Part shown: positions 39,530-48,100 of the stretch, in pieces
Layout: every line of letters begins with the position of its first letter
Numbering within the stretch: position 1 is the first letter of the stretch
From: Planctomycetia bacterium
Lineage (GTDB): Bacteria; Planctomycetota; Planctomycetia; Pirellulales; UBA1268
Assembly (NCBI GenBank): GCA_046343855.1
Contig: JBKDMX010000091.1
Span: 2,535-66,534, forward strand
Direction of reading: 5' to 3'
Length of the DNA: 64,000 bases
Notes under the pieces: model-generated
What the model saw: only the letters and a program-made list of their open reading frames with translations
Databases searched by the model: none
What the model was told of the DNA's origin: nothing
Program-made: the position numbers and the translations under genes

Positions 39530-39957
39530 AGGGGCTTGAGGCGGATGTTGCGGAAGTGGACTTCGTCGTTGTGGCCCGCGAAGCCGATGTGGCCCTTCGT
39601 GCGGGCGAGGCCGGGGTGGAGCCTGCCGTCGAGCGTGGGGCGACCATCGCGGAAGGGCGCCGTGTCGGCGTCGACGATCGTCTTGCCGTTCACCACCACC
39701 TTCACCTGCGTGCCCTGCACGGTCACCTCCTCCACGTTCCACTCGCCCGCTGGCTTCAGGCACGTGCCCCGCTCCGCGGCCACGACGCCGTAGATCGAGC
39801 CGTGGGCCTGCCAGGGCTCGATGCCGCGGTATTTCTCGTGGCCGTCGTCGAGAATCTGGAGCTCGATCCCGTCGAACGCGGCGTTGCCTTCGGGTGGCAT
39901 CCGGATCGCGAGGCCGTTGTTGGCGCCGGGCGTGAGCCGAAACTCGAACTGCAGCAT
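39526..39957 (-). CDS. DUF1080-domain protein, short (lacks the usual N-terminal strand region and signal peptide)
   Basis: 143 aa with GANNGLAIR, EWNVEEVTVQGTQVKVVVNG and GHIGFAGHNDEVHFRNIRLKPL. Confidence 0.7.
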   Translation of the reverse strand: MLQFEFRLTPGANNGLAIRMPPEGNAAFDGIELQILDDGHEKYRGIEPWQAHGSIYGVVAAERGTCLKPAGEWNVEEVTVQGTQVKVVVNGKTIVDADTAPFRDGRPTLDGRLHPGLARTKGHIGFAGHNDEVHFRNIRLKPL

Positions 39958-39996
39958 GCGACGAGCATTCGGACGGGGGGTGGCATGGTGCTCTTC

Positions 39997-41268
39997 CTAG
40001 GTGGCGATCTGTGGCTCTGTCTCGAGGTCGTCGGTGGTCTCCGACGCGGTCGCGAGCGAGGCCGGCGGCCAGAAGGCGATGAAAAGCAGTGCGGCTGCCG
40101 CCAGGGCCAGCCCTGCGGGCCAGAGGAAGAGTTGGCGGAAGTCGGTGACGCCGTCGGTGGTCAGTTGGCCCTGCAGCGGGATGAAAAACCACTTGGCCGC
40201 GAGGTCGCCGAGGCCGAGCACGAGCAGGTTGAAGAGGCTCTGGGCGCTCGACCGCACGTCCTTCGGGAAGGCCGCGTCGATGAAGATGTAGAGCGTGGCG
40301 AAGAAGAAGGCGTAGCAGATGCCGTGGAGCACCTGCACGGCGATGATCACGGACGTGTTTTGCGGCATGAAGGCGAAGACCGCGAAGCGGGCCGCGTGGC
40401 CGAGGATGCCGAGAATCATCGTCGTCTTCCAGCCCAGCCGCGCGAGCACCGCGCCAAGCACCGACATCGTGAGGATCTCCGCCACCTGGCCGACGCTCAT
40501 CACCGGCATGATCCATTCCGGCTTGATTCCCACGGCCGGGCTGCCGAGGAAGCCGCCGGCGAGCAGGAAGTAGCCGTTGTGGATCACCGAATCGAGGAAC
40601 GTGACGATGAACAACACGAGCAGGAAGGGCTGCGAGAGGAACCGCGCCGCCTTGGCCCAGGCGAAGCCGCCGTCGGCCGCGGCCGCCCGCTTCGGGGGCG
40701 TGTGCGGCAGCGTGAGGCTGTAGGCCGCGAGCAGGAGCGACGTGAAGCCCGCCAGCAGGAAGATGTTGCGGCTCGCGGCCACCGCCTCGGCACCGCTCTT
40801 GCCCTGCAGCACGAAATAAAGCGGCCAGGCGGCCAGGATCCAGCCGATCGTGCCTCCCATCCGCACGAGACCGAATTCCTTCTGCGCGTTTTTCATGTGG
40901 GTGAAGGCGATCGAATTCGAGACCGAGATCGTGGGCACGTAGAGCAGCGAGTGGACGAGCATCAGCCCGAAGAACGTCGGAAAATCCTTGGCCCAATACA
41001 TGCCGAGGATCGCGAGGCCGCCGATCAGGTGGCTCACCGCCATGAACTTCTCGGCGGCGAACGTGCGGTCGGCGAACTGGCTCGAGAAGAAGATGCCCAC
41101 GATCGAGGCGATCGCGAAGGCGCTGCCCACCCAGGCCACCTGTGAATCGCTGAAGGCGAGCCCGTCCTTGCCCATGTAGCCCCAGATCAGCGGCAGCCAT
41201 GCGCCCCAGATCGCAAACTCGAGCACCATCATGATCCAGAGGCGCAACGTCGGCGCTTTGTCGTTCAT
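39997..41268 (-). CDS. MFS transporter, nucleoside:H+ symporter-like
   Basis: 423 aa with 12 predicted TM segments. The N-terminus (LRLWIMMVLEFAIWGAWLPLIW) is typical of the NupG/XapB-like family. AAGGAG SD present. Confidence 0.75.
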   Translation of the reverse strand: MNDKAPTLRLWIMMVLEFAIWGAWLPLIWGYMGKDGLAFSDSQVAWVGSAFAIASIVGIFFSSQFADRTFAAEKFMAVSHLIGGLAILGMYWAKDFPTFFGLMLVHSLLYVPTISVSNSIAFTHMKNAQKEFGLVRMGGTIGWILAAWPLYFVLQGKSGAEAVAASRNIFLLAGFTSLLLAAYSLTLPHTPPKRAAAADGGFAWAKAARFLSQPFLLVLFIVTFLDSVIHNGYFLLAGGFLGSPAVGIKPEWIMPVMSVGQVAEILTMSVLGAVLARLGWKTTMILGILGHAARFAVFAFMPQNTSVIIAVQVLHGICYAFFFATLYIFIDAAFPKDVRSSAQSLFNLLVLGLGDLAAKWFFIPLQGQLTTDGVTDFRQLFLWPAGLALAAAALLFIAFWPPASLATASETTDDLETEPQIAT

Positions 41269-41310
41269 CGTCGTCTCCTTGCGGATGCCGCGGACGGGCG
41301 CGTCCGGGCG

Positions 41311-43299
41311 TCAGGTCTTGTGCAGCACGAAGCCTTCGATGGCCTCGTATTCGGGCAGCCCCAGCTTGTCGTAGAGCCGGGCGGTGTCGCGGTTGCGATC
41401 CTCGGCCCGCTGCCAGAATTCGCGGGGATCGGTGGGGCCGGGGAACAGGGCCCGGTCCTTCTGGCTCTCGTGCTTGAAGATGGCCATCCGCTTCCGCTCC
41501 ACCTCCTCCGGCGAGAGGGGCACGGCCATCTCGATCTCGTGCGGCTCCCACTCCTGCCAGGCGCCGCGGTAGAGCCAGAGCTCGCACTGCTTTGCCCAGT
41601 CGCGGTCGGCTGCCTGCTTGAGGGCGTCGACCACGGAGGCGAGGCAGACACGGTGGGTGCCGTGGGGATCGGAGAGATCGCCGGCCGCATAGATCTGATG
41701 CGGCTTCACGCGGTCGAGGAGATCGAGCGTGATGGCGATGTCTTCCGGGCCGATCGGCTTCTTGCGGACGCGGCCCGTCTCGTAGAAGGGCAGGTCGAGA
41801 AAGTGGATGTTTTCCAGCTTCACGCCCGAATAGCGGGCGCCGGCGCGGGCCTCGGTGCGGCGGATGAGCCCCTTCACGGCCTGGAGCTCGGGCAGATCGA
41901 CCGCACCCGCGTGCTTCGTGCGCAGAAACGTGCGGATCTTCTCGGCGATCTCGGCCGTCTTGGTGCCGACGCCGAACACGCGGCAGAATTCCTCCACGAA
42001 ATCGACGTGGCGGTCGGCCGATTCGTCCCAGACGGCGATGTTGCCGCTCGTCTGGTAGGCCACGTGCACCTCGTGCCCCTGCTCGCAGAGGCGGATGAAC
42101 GTGCCGCCCATGCTGATCACGTCGTCGTCGGGATGGGGGCTGAAGATGACGATCCGCTTCGGGAATTCTTCCGCGCGGCCCGTGCTCTCGGCAGCCTTGA
42201 GGCTCCGCACCCGCCGCACGGTGCCCGGCTTGCCGCCCGGCCAGCCGGTGATCGTGTCTTGCATCGCGCGGAAGACCTCGATGTTGAGGTCGTAGGCCCG
42301 GCCGCGATTAGAGAGCAGGTCTTGCAGGCCGTGCTCGTTGTAGTCTTCGTCGGTGAGCTTGAGGATCGGCTTCTGGAGCTTGATCGCGAGCCAGATCACG
42401 GCCTTGCGGGTGAGGGCGTCGGTCCATTCGAGGCCCATCATGTCGAGTGGCCCCACCACCCATGGCGATTCAAACCGCGTCAGCCGGGCCGCGGCCGCGC
42501 GGTCGAGCACGAACCGGGCATCGGTGTGCTGCTGGAGGGCGCTGGCCGAGACATGGCTGCAGGGCGCCTGCTCGACGGCCCGCTGCACGATCGGTGCCTT
42601 GTGCTCGCCAAACGCCAGCAGCACGACCTTGCGGGCGTCGAGGATCGAGCCCACGCCCATCGTGATCGCCTGCCGCGGCACGTTCCATTCGCCGAAGAAG
42701 TCGCTCGCCGCGTCGGAGCGGGTGACGCTGTCGAGCGTGATCAGGCGGGTGCGGCTCTCAAGGGCGCTGCCCGGCTCGTTGAAACCAATGTGGCCGGTGC
42801 GGCCGATGCCGAGGATCTGCAGGTCGATGCCACCGGCCTCGCGGATCTTTTCTTCATACCGCACGCAGGCCGCCGCGACCTTTTCACGCGGCAGCGTGCC
42901 ATCGGGGATGTGGATCGCGTCGGCGGGGATGTCGAGGTGGTCGAAGAGGTGCTCCCGCATGAAGCGGTGGTAGCTCTGCAGGGCGTCGGGCTGCATCGGC
43001 CAGTATTCGTCGAGATTGAACGTCACGACGGTCTTGAAGGAGACGCCCTCCTCGCGGTGCAGGCGGATGAGCTCGTCGTAGACGCCGACGGGCGTGCTGC
43101 CCGTGGCGAGCCCAAGCACCGTTTTCTTGCCGGCCGCCGCCCGCGACACGACGAGCTCGGCGATCTCGCGGGCCACGGCCTTGCTCGCCTCGCCCGGCTG
43201 GTCGTAGACGGTGACCGGGAGGCGCTCGACGGTGTGCACGTGCGGGAGCGGCCCGCGGTAGATCGGCGACGACGGGACGGTGGAGGGCATGGCGGCCAT
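41311..43299 (-). CDS. nagB: Glucosamine-6-phosphate deaminase (NagB) fused to a LmbE/PIG-L-like deacetylase domain
   Basis: 662 aa. NagB N-terminal half (VLGLATGSTPVGVYDEL, FNLDEY, ILGIGRTGHIGFNEPGS) and a C-terminal PIG-L motif (IVIFSPHPDDDVISMGG). Confidence 0.85.
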   Translation of the reverse strand: MAAMPSTVPSSPIYRGPLPHVHTVERLPVTVYDQPGEASKAVAREIAELVVSRAAAGKKTVLGLATGSTPVGVYDELIRLHREEGVSFKTVVTFNLDEYWPMQPDALQSYHRFMREHLFDHLDIPADAIHIPDGTLPREKVAAACVRYEEKIREAGGIDLQILGIGRTGHIGFNEPGSALESRTRLITLDSVTRSDAASDFFGEWNVPRQAITMGVGSILDARKVVLLAFGEHKAPIVQRAVEQAPCSHVSASALQQHTDARFVLDRAAAARLTRFESPWVVGPLDMMGLEWTDALTRKAVIWLAIKLQKPILKLTDEDYNEHGLQDLLSNRGRAYDLNIEVFRAMQDTITGWPGGKPGTVRRVRSLKAAESTGRAEEFPKRIVIFSPHPDDDVISMGGTFIRLCEQGHEVHVAYQTSGNIAVWDESADRHVDFVEEFCRVFGVGTKTAEIAEKIRTFLRTKHAGAVDLPELQAVKGLIRRTEARAGARYSGVKLENIHFLDLPFYETGRVRKKPIGPEDIAITLDLLDRVKPHQIYAAGDLSDPHGTHRVCLASVVDALKQAADRDWAKQCELWLYRGAWQEWEPHEIEMAVPLSPEEVERKRMAIFKHESQKDRALFPGPTDPREFWQRAEDRNRDTARLYDKLGLPEYEAIEGFVLHKT

Positions 43300-43376
43300 G
43301 GGTGCTCCTGCAGGGCTGGAAACGTCGTAAAGAGTAGACCAAAGACGGGCCGGGATCGCCAGCGCAAGGGGAAAGC

Positions 43377-43427
43377 CCGGATGGTGATGGATCGCGTCAC
43401 CCCGCTCGCTGCCGCGAGGGGCTTTTG
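43377..43427. repeat. Second repeat family, copy A (about 50 nt)
   Basis: ccggatggtgatggatcgcgtcaccccgctcgctgccgcgaggggcttttg. Near-identical to 47337-47387, and in inverted orientation to 47256-47292. Confidence 0.75.
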
Positions 43428-43441
43428 GGGGGTGGAGGTCG

Positions 43442-43897
43442 TCAGACCGCGACCTTGATCACCACCTTGAGCACCTCGGCGGGATCGCCCCAGGCGCAGC
43501 AAGGGGCGTGGGCGTCGTCGGGAAAGAGGATCGCGAACTGCCCGGCCTGCAGTTGCACTGGCATCATGCAGGGAGCGAGCGCGAAGAGCGCCGCGTCGGT
43601 GACTTCGTCATAGGGCTTCGTGGCGACGCCAAGGCTCGCACGCGGCGCCCACTGGATCACTTCCCGACCGCTCGCAAGGTATTGAATGTCGATGTAGCGA
43701 CGGTGCGCCTCGAACTGCATCTGCTCGACGGGCCGCGTCTGATACCGCTGCACGAGCGCGTAGACCGCGTCGCCGTCGATCTCGTGGCGGCCGACGGCCA
43801 CGTCGGGCGGGAGCTGCTCGAGGAAGGCGAAGCCGCGGGCGAGCCGCGGATTGAGCTCGGCATAGCGCCGCCAGAGCGGGAGAGAGTCGAGAATCAT
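43442..43897 (-). CDS. YhcH/YjgK/YiaL-family (DUF386) protein
   Basis: 151 aa. EAHRRYIDIQYLASGRE and FAILFPDDAHAP are typical of the family. Confidence 0.8.
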   Translation of the reverse strand: MILDSLPLWRRYAELNPRLARGFAFLEQLPPDVAVGRHEIDGDAVYALVQRYQTRPVEQMQFEAHRRYIDIQYLASGREVIQWAPRASLGVATKPYDEVTDAALFALAPCMMPVQLQAGQFAILFPDDAHAPCCAWGDPAEVLKVVIKVAV

Positions 43898-43904
43898 GTA
43901 CTGC

Positions 43905-46661
43905 TCAGTTCTTCTTGAACCGCGGGCCGTGGTTGTTGCCGCGGGAGAGGGTGTAGGCGATGAGGTCGAGCACCTCGGATTCGTTGAGCTGGTCGAGCAG
44001 GCCTTTGGGCATGAGCGACTCGCTGGCCGCCACGATCTCCTCGACGTCGGTCCGCGGCACCTGCACGAACTTCGTCGCGTCTTCCGGGTCGGTCACGATC
44101 GTGATCTGGTCGGGCGTCTCCGCCACGATCCGGCCGACGTGCACCTTCCCATCCACCGTCTGCACGATGCTTGCCTTGTATTGGTCGCTCACCACCTTGC
44201 TCGGATGCACGATCGCCTCGACGAGATCCTTCACCTGGAACCGGCCGCCCGCCTGCGTGAGATCCGGGCCGGTGGCGCCGCCGTCTTCGCCGAACCGGTG
44301 GCAGACCACGCACCGGGCCGCAGCGAACGATTTCTTGCCGTGCTCGAAGTCGCGGCCGCTCGCGAGCGACTTGTCGGCCGCCGCCAGCACCGCGTCGAGC
44401 GTCCACGAGCGGCCGGGCCCCTCCGGCTTCGGCAGCGGCGGCGGTGCGTAGGGCTTCCGCACGCCGAGCGTTTCGAGGGCGAGCTTCTCGTTCTCGGTCA
44501 TACCGGCCATGCTCTCCGTCTCGATGTTGGCGAGAAACTTGCGGAAACTGTTGCCGCCGGCCCACTCGCGGGCCCGGGCGAACCATTCGTAGTAGGCCTT
44601 GCGATCCGCCATCGTCCAGGCGTCTTTTTCCCTGATGGTGCGGAGCACGTAGGCGTAGTGCACCTGCAGGAGGTCGGCCCGCTTCTCGAGCGACGCCTTC
44701 ACGGCGCTGCCGTAGCCGCCATTCCGCTCGATGAGCCGCTGGAGCTCGGCCTCGTCGGCCGCGAGATTGGTCGCGCCGCCCGACGCGGTCGTCGCCGCGA
44801 GCAGCCCCAAGAGTTTCGCCACGATGCCGGGAGCCCGCACGGCCACGAGCAGATTTGAGAGCTCACGATCGAGCTCGAAATCCCCCGAGGGGAAGAGCGG
44901 GCTAAACATTTTGGCGATCCGCGCCTTCGTCTCGGCCGTGGGCTCCCCGAGTCGCACGATCGCGAGCTCATACGCCCGGGCGAGATCGATCCGGCCGGCC
45001 ACGTCGAGCGATGCGGGATTGATCCGGTCGAGGGCGGCGAGCACGGCCGGCTGGGCTGATGGCTCCGCCTGATGGGCCACGCCGATCGCGGCGGCGATCG
45101 TGCCCCGGGGCTCTTTCGTGGCGAGGGCCTGCTCCTGCCAAAGCTCGATCGGCTGGTGCTCGAGGGCGACGCGGGCGGCATATCGGATGAAGCGATCGGG
45201 GCTCGCGAGGTGGGGTAGGGCCTTCGCAACCGCGGCGGCCGGGTCGTCGGCCCGCCGGTGCAGGGCCTCGAGGTCGTGCCGCAGCGTGCGCTCGGCAACG
45301 CCCGTCGCGTTGCGGGCATCGACCGGCGCGGTCGATTCGGCGCCGTCGTATCGCACGCGGTAGAGCTCGCTCTGGCCGCCGCGGCCGCCGACGGCGAAGT
45401 AGATCGCGCCATCTTTGCCCACCACCATGTCGGTGAGCGGCAGCGGCGTGCGCGAGAGAAACTCCTCCTTCACGCCTGTGTAGGACGATCCTTCTGGCTC
45501 GAGGTGGATCGCATACATCGTGCCGAACGTCCAGTCGCAGACGAAGAGCGCCCGCTGATACTTCGCCGGAAACCGCGTGCCGTAGCCGAAGTCGACCCCC
45601 ACGGGCGAGCCGGGGCCGATATCGACGAGTGCCGGCAGGCAGTCGGGGAAACAGGCGGGCCAGTTGCCGGAGCCGCTCCGCCAGCCGAGCTCGCTGCCGC
45701 TCGGGGCGTGGTTCACGCGGGTGGGCTTGTACCACGGCGTGCCGAAGTCCCACTCCATGTCGGAGTCGTAGACGAAGAGCTCGCCGTCGGCGTTGAAGGC
45801 CATGTCGTAGGCATTGCGGTAGCCGCCGGTCCACACCTCCCAGGCCTTGCCGTCGCGGTCGGTGCTCGCCACGTAGCCGCCCGGCGCGAGGATGCCGGCC
45901 GCGTGGCCGTTGGCATCCCACATCCGCGTGATGATCTGGTCTTCGTCCCAGGTGGCGGGCAGCCGGCTTGTGCCGTCGGCCGGCAGCTTCACGCGCCGCT
46001 GATTGGCGCGGATGCCGCCCATGGTCTGCGGCGGCGTGACATCCTCGACCGCGAAGGGCGGTTGCGTGTGGTTGCCGCAGACCATGAATAGCCGCGTGCC
46101 ATCGGGGGAAAGCCGGAGGGCATGAGGCCCGTGCTCGCCGCCCCCTTTGAGTTCGCGGAGTTTCTCGACCGTATCGAGCGTGTCATCGCCGTTGGAATCG
46201 GTGACACGGTAGAGGCCAGTCGCCCCGCCATTGCGAACGACGTAGAGCGAGTCGAACGCCCAGAGGAGTCCTTGCGCGGCGGAGATGTCGATCGGGATTT
46301 TTTCGACGACCGTCGGCTTCGAGCCGTCGAGCGGCGCGGGCGTGATCCGCACGAGCCCCTCGTCGCCTTGGTCGCTGGCGATGATCCGCCCCTTGGGATC
46401 GATGGCGAGGCAGACCCACGAGCCGAGCTCTCCCTTTGGCACGACGACGAGGCGGTCGACGCGAAAGCCCTGCGGCACGGCGAAGGAAGCGGGGTCGCCG
46501 GGACCGTCAACCGTGGCCAGCGGCATCGGTTCGACAGGCTGTTCCCAGCGGGTCTGCGGCGAAACCGGAGGAGTCTCAGCAGCGGTCGTGATTGCGCCGA
46601 GCGCGAGGCACGCGGCCCACGAGATCGTAACAAGAGCCGTGGGCGACGAAAGACGAGGCAT
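43905..46661 (-). CDS. PVC-type heme-binding protein: membrane-bound dehydrogenase-like beta-propeller, HEAT-like repeats, C-terminal CxxCH domain
   Basis: 918 aa. Signal peptide and propeller region; C-terminal CVVCHRFGEDGGATGPDLTQAGGRFQ ... MPKGLLDQLNESEVLDLIAYTLS. Confidence 0.85.
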   Translation of the reverse strand: MPRLSSPTALVTISWAACLALGAITTAAETPPVSPQTRWEQPVEPMPLATVDGPGDPASFAVPQGFRVDRLVVVPKGELGSWVCLAIDPKGRIIASDQGDEGLVRITPAPLDGSKPTVVEKIPIDISAAQGLLWAFDSLYVVRNGGATGLYRVTDSNGDDTLDTVEKLRELKGGGEHGPHALRLSPDGTRLFMVCGNHTQPPFAVEDVTPPQTMGGIRANQRRVKLPADGTSRLPATWDEDQIITRMWDANGHAAGILAPGGYVASTDRDGKAWEVWTGGYRNAYDMAFNADGELFVYDSDMEWDFGTPWYKPTRVNHAPSGSELGWRSGSGNWPACFPDCLPALVDIGPGSPVGVDFGYGTRFPAKYQRALFVCDWTFGTMYAIHLEPEGSSYTGVKEEFLSRTPLPLTDMVVGKDGAIYFAVGGRGGQSELYRVRYDGAESTAPVDARNATGVAERTLRHDLEALHRRADDPAAAVAKALPHLASPDRFIRYAARVALEHQPIELWQEQALATKEPRGTIAAAIGVAHQAEPSAQPAVLAALDRINPASLDVAGRIDLARAYELAIVRLGEPTAETKARIAKMFSPLFPSGDFELDRELSNLLVAVRAPGIVAKLLGLLAATTASGGATNLAADEAELQRLIERNGGYGSAVKASLEKRADLLQVHYAYVLRTIREKDAWTMADRKAYYEWFARAREWAGGNSFRKFLANIETESMAGMTENEKLALETLGVRKPYAPPPLPKPEGPGRSWTLDAVLAAADKSLASGRDFEHGKKSFAAARCVVCHRFGEDGGATGPDLTQAGGRFQVKDLVEAIVHPSKVVSDQYKASIVQTVDGKVHVGRIVAETPDQITIVTDPEDATKFVQVPRTDVEEIVAASESLMPKGLLDQLNESEVLDLIAYTLSRGNNHGPRFKKN

Positions 46662-46866
46662 GGCGGCGATCCTCTTGGCACACAGCGCGACGAAGCTCTT
46701 TGCTGCTGACCGAGTGTAACGTCCCGGGGGTTCCGGAGGGGATATCGTGTTGCCCTACGGCACGCGAGTCGCCGGCTCGAGCGTGATACCGAAATGTTGC
46801 CGTTGGTCCGCTCCGTTGGGCGAAACGTCGCGGGGTCGGCGGCCTCCTGCCAGGCGGCGACTTTTC

Positions 46867-47112
46867 TCACGCAGCCGGATTTGAGTCCTGGAGATTGAAA
46901 GCCTCGATCGAGGCAACATGCAACAGCGGGCAGATATCGAACTCGGCGGGCATGCCGTCCTCGGCAACTTCCACGCCCACGAGGATGTCATTGCGGAGTA
47001 GCAGCGCCATCTCCGGATGGCGGACTTCATATGCTTTGCCGCTCGACATCACGAGTCGAAACGGCTTGAACGGCTGTTGCCGGAGCAGTTTGCGAATGCC
47101 TTCTGGCGACAC
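46867..47112 (-). CDS. Small conserved hypothetical protein
   Basis: 81 aa from the GTG at 47112, preceded by AGGAGG with a 6-nt spacer (VSPEGIRKLLRQQPFKPFRLVMSSGKAYEVRHPE...). The remainder of the 182-aa track ORF looks non-coding. Confidence 0.55.
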   Translation of the reverse strand: MSPEGIRKLLRQQPFKPFRLVMSSGKAYEVRHPEMALLLRNDILVGVEVAEDGMPAEFDICPLLHVASIEAFNLQDSNPAA

Positions 47113-47255
47113 GATGCACCTCCTGATGGCGACCTGCAAAGAATATACGCCCGTACATATTCTGTCAACTTTTTCGTGGCGTGCGATTTCGGGCTCGCTA
47201 CGGTGCCGCGAAGCCCATTGCGCCAGCGAGGGAATGTGCGACCGACTCCCACCAC

Positions 47256-47387
47256 AAGCCCCCTGCGGCAGCAGGGGGGTGACGCGATCCACTCCCACTC
47301 GCGCTGTTCCATCGATCGGTCGTTGCGATGAAATGTCCCGATGGTGATGGCCAGCGTCACCCCACTCGCTTCCGCGAGGGGCTTTTG
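47256..47387. repeat. Second repeat family, inverted copy C (47256-47292) plus direct copy B (47337-47387)
   Basis: aagccccctgcggcagcaggggggtgacgcgatcc is the approximate reverse complement of the core of copies A and B. A 44-nt spacer separates C from B. Confidence 0.7.
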
Positions 47388-47434
47388 CGGTTCGTGGCAG
47401 CGGCATTTCGCTCACGACTCGGTATCATTGGGCG

Positions 47435-48100
47435 ATGCCGCAAGCCTTCACCCAACTCGCGCCTGGCGTCTTCGGCTGGGCCGTCACGTGTCGTGAAGGA
47501 TGGCTCCGCTGCGATCCTCGTCGACCTCGGCGACGCGAGCGTGCTCGACGCCCTGCCGCAGATCGGCGTCACGCAGGTCGAGTGGGTGCTCTTCACCCAC
47601 CACCGCGAGCAGTGCCAGGGCTTTCCAAAGCGCGCCGGCCATCCGGCTTGCCGCGGCGTGAAGATCGCGGCGGCCGCCGCCGAGCGCGACCCTTTTCGAG
47701 AAGCCGCTCGACTTCCGTCATACCGTGCCGCAGCTCTCCGACAAGTTCACGGTCCACGGGGCGAGCTACGTCCGCCCGCCGATCCAGCCGATTCCGATCG
47801 ACCGGGCGTTCGAGAAGATGGATACGTTTTCCTGGCGGGGCCGCGAGATCTGGTGCGCCGAGACCGCCGGCAATAGCCCCGGCTCGATGAGCTACCTCCA
47901 CGGCATCGCCCCGGACCTGATCCTCGGCGGCCACTCCTGGGCGATCGAGAATCCCGGGCCGCTGATCGAGCGGTTCATCGCGGCGAGCGACGAGCTTCGC
48001 GCGGCCCTCGTCGATCTCACGAACGAAAAAGATGACCAACTCTGGTTCGACCCCTACTGGGCGCGGATGCATCCCTATCGGGTGAACGTGAAGCGGAGCG
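47435..48100 (+). pseudogene. MBL-fold metallo-hydrolase pseudogene (at least two frameshifts, degenerate metal motifs)
   Basis: Pieces lie in three frames: MPQAFTQLAPGVFGWAV; GSAAILVDLGDASVLDALPQIGVTQVEWVLFTHHREQCQG...KIAAAAAERD; LFEKPLDF...GASYVRPPIQPIPIDR...ETAGNSPGSMSYL...LILGGHSW. The HxHxDH motif is reduced to HHREQ and GHxPG to GNSPG. Confidence 0.6.

Noticed and set aside
37895-41587. 1230-aa minus-strand ORF spanning five annotated genes
   Set aside because: Crosses genes on both strands and shows no domain signatures. Shadow ORF.
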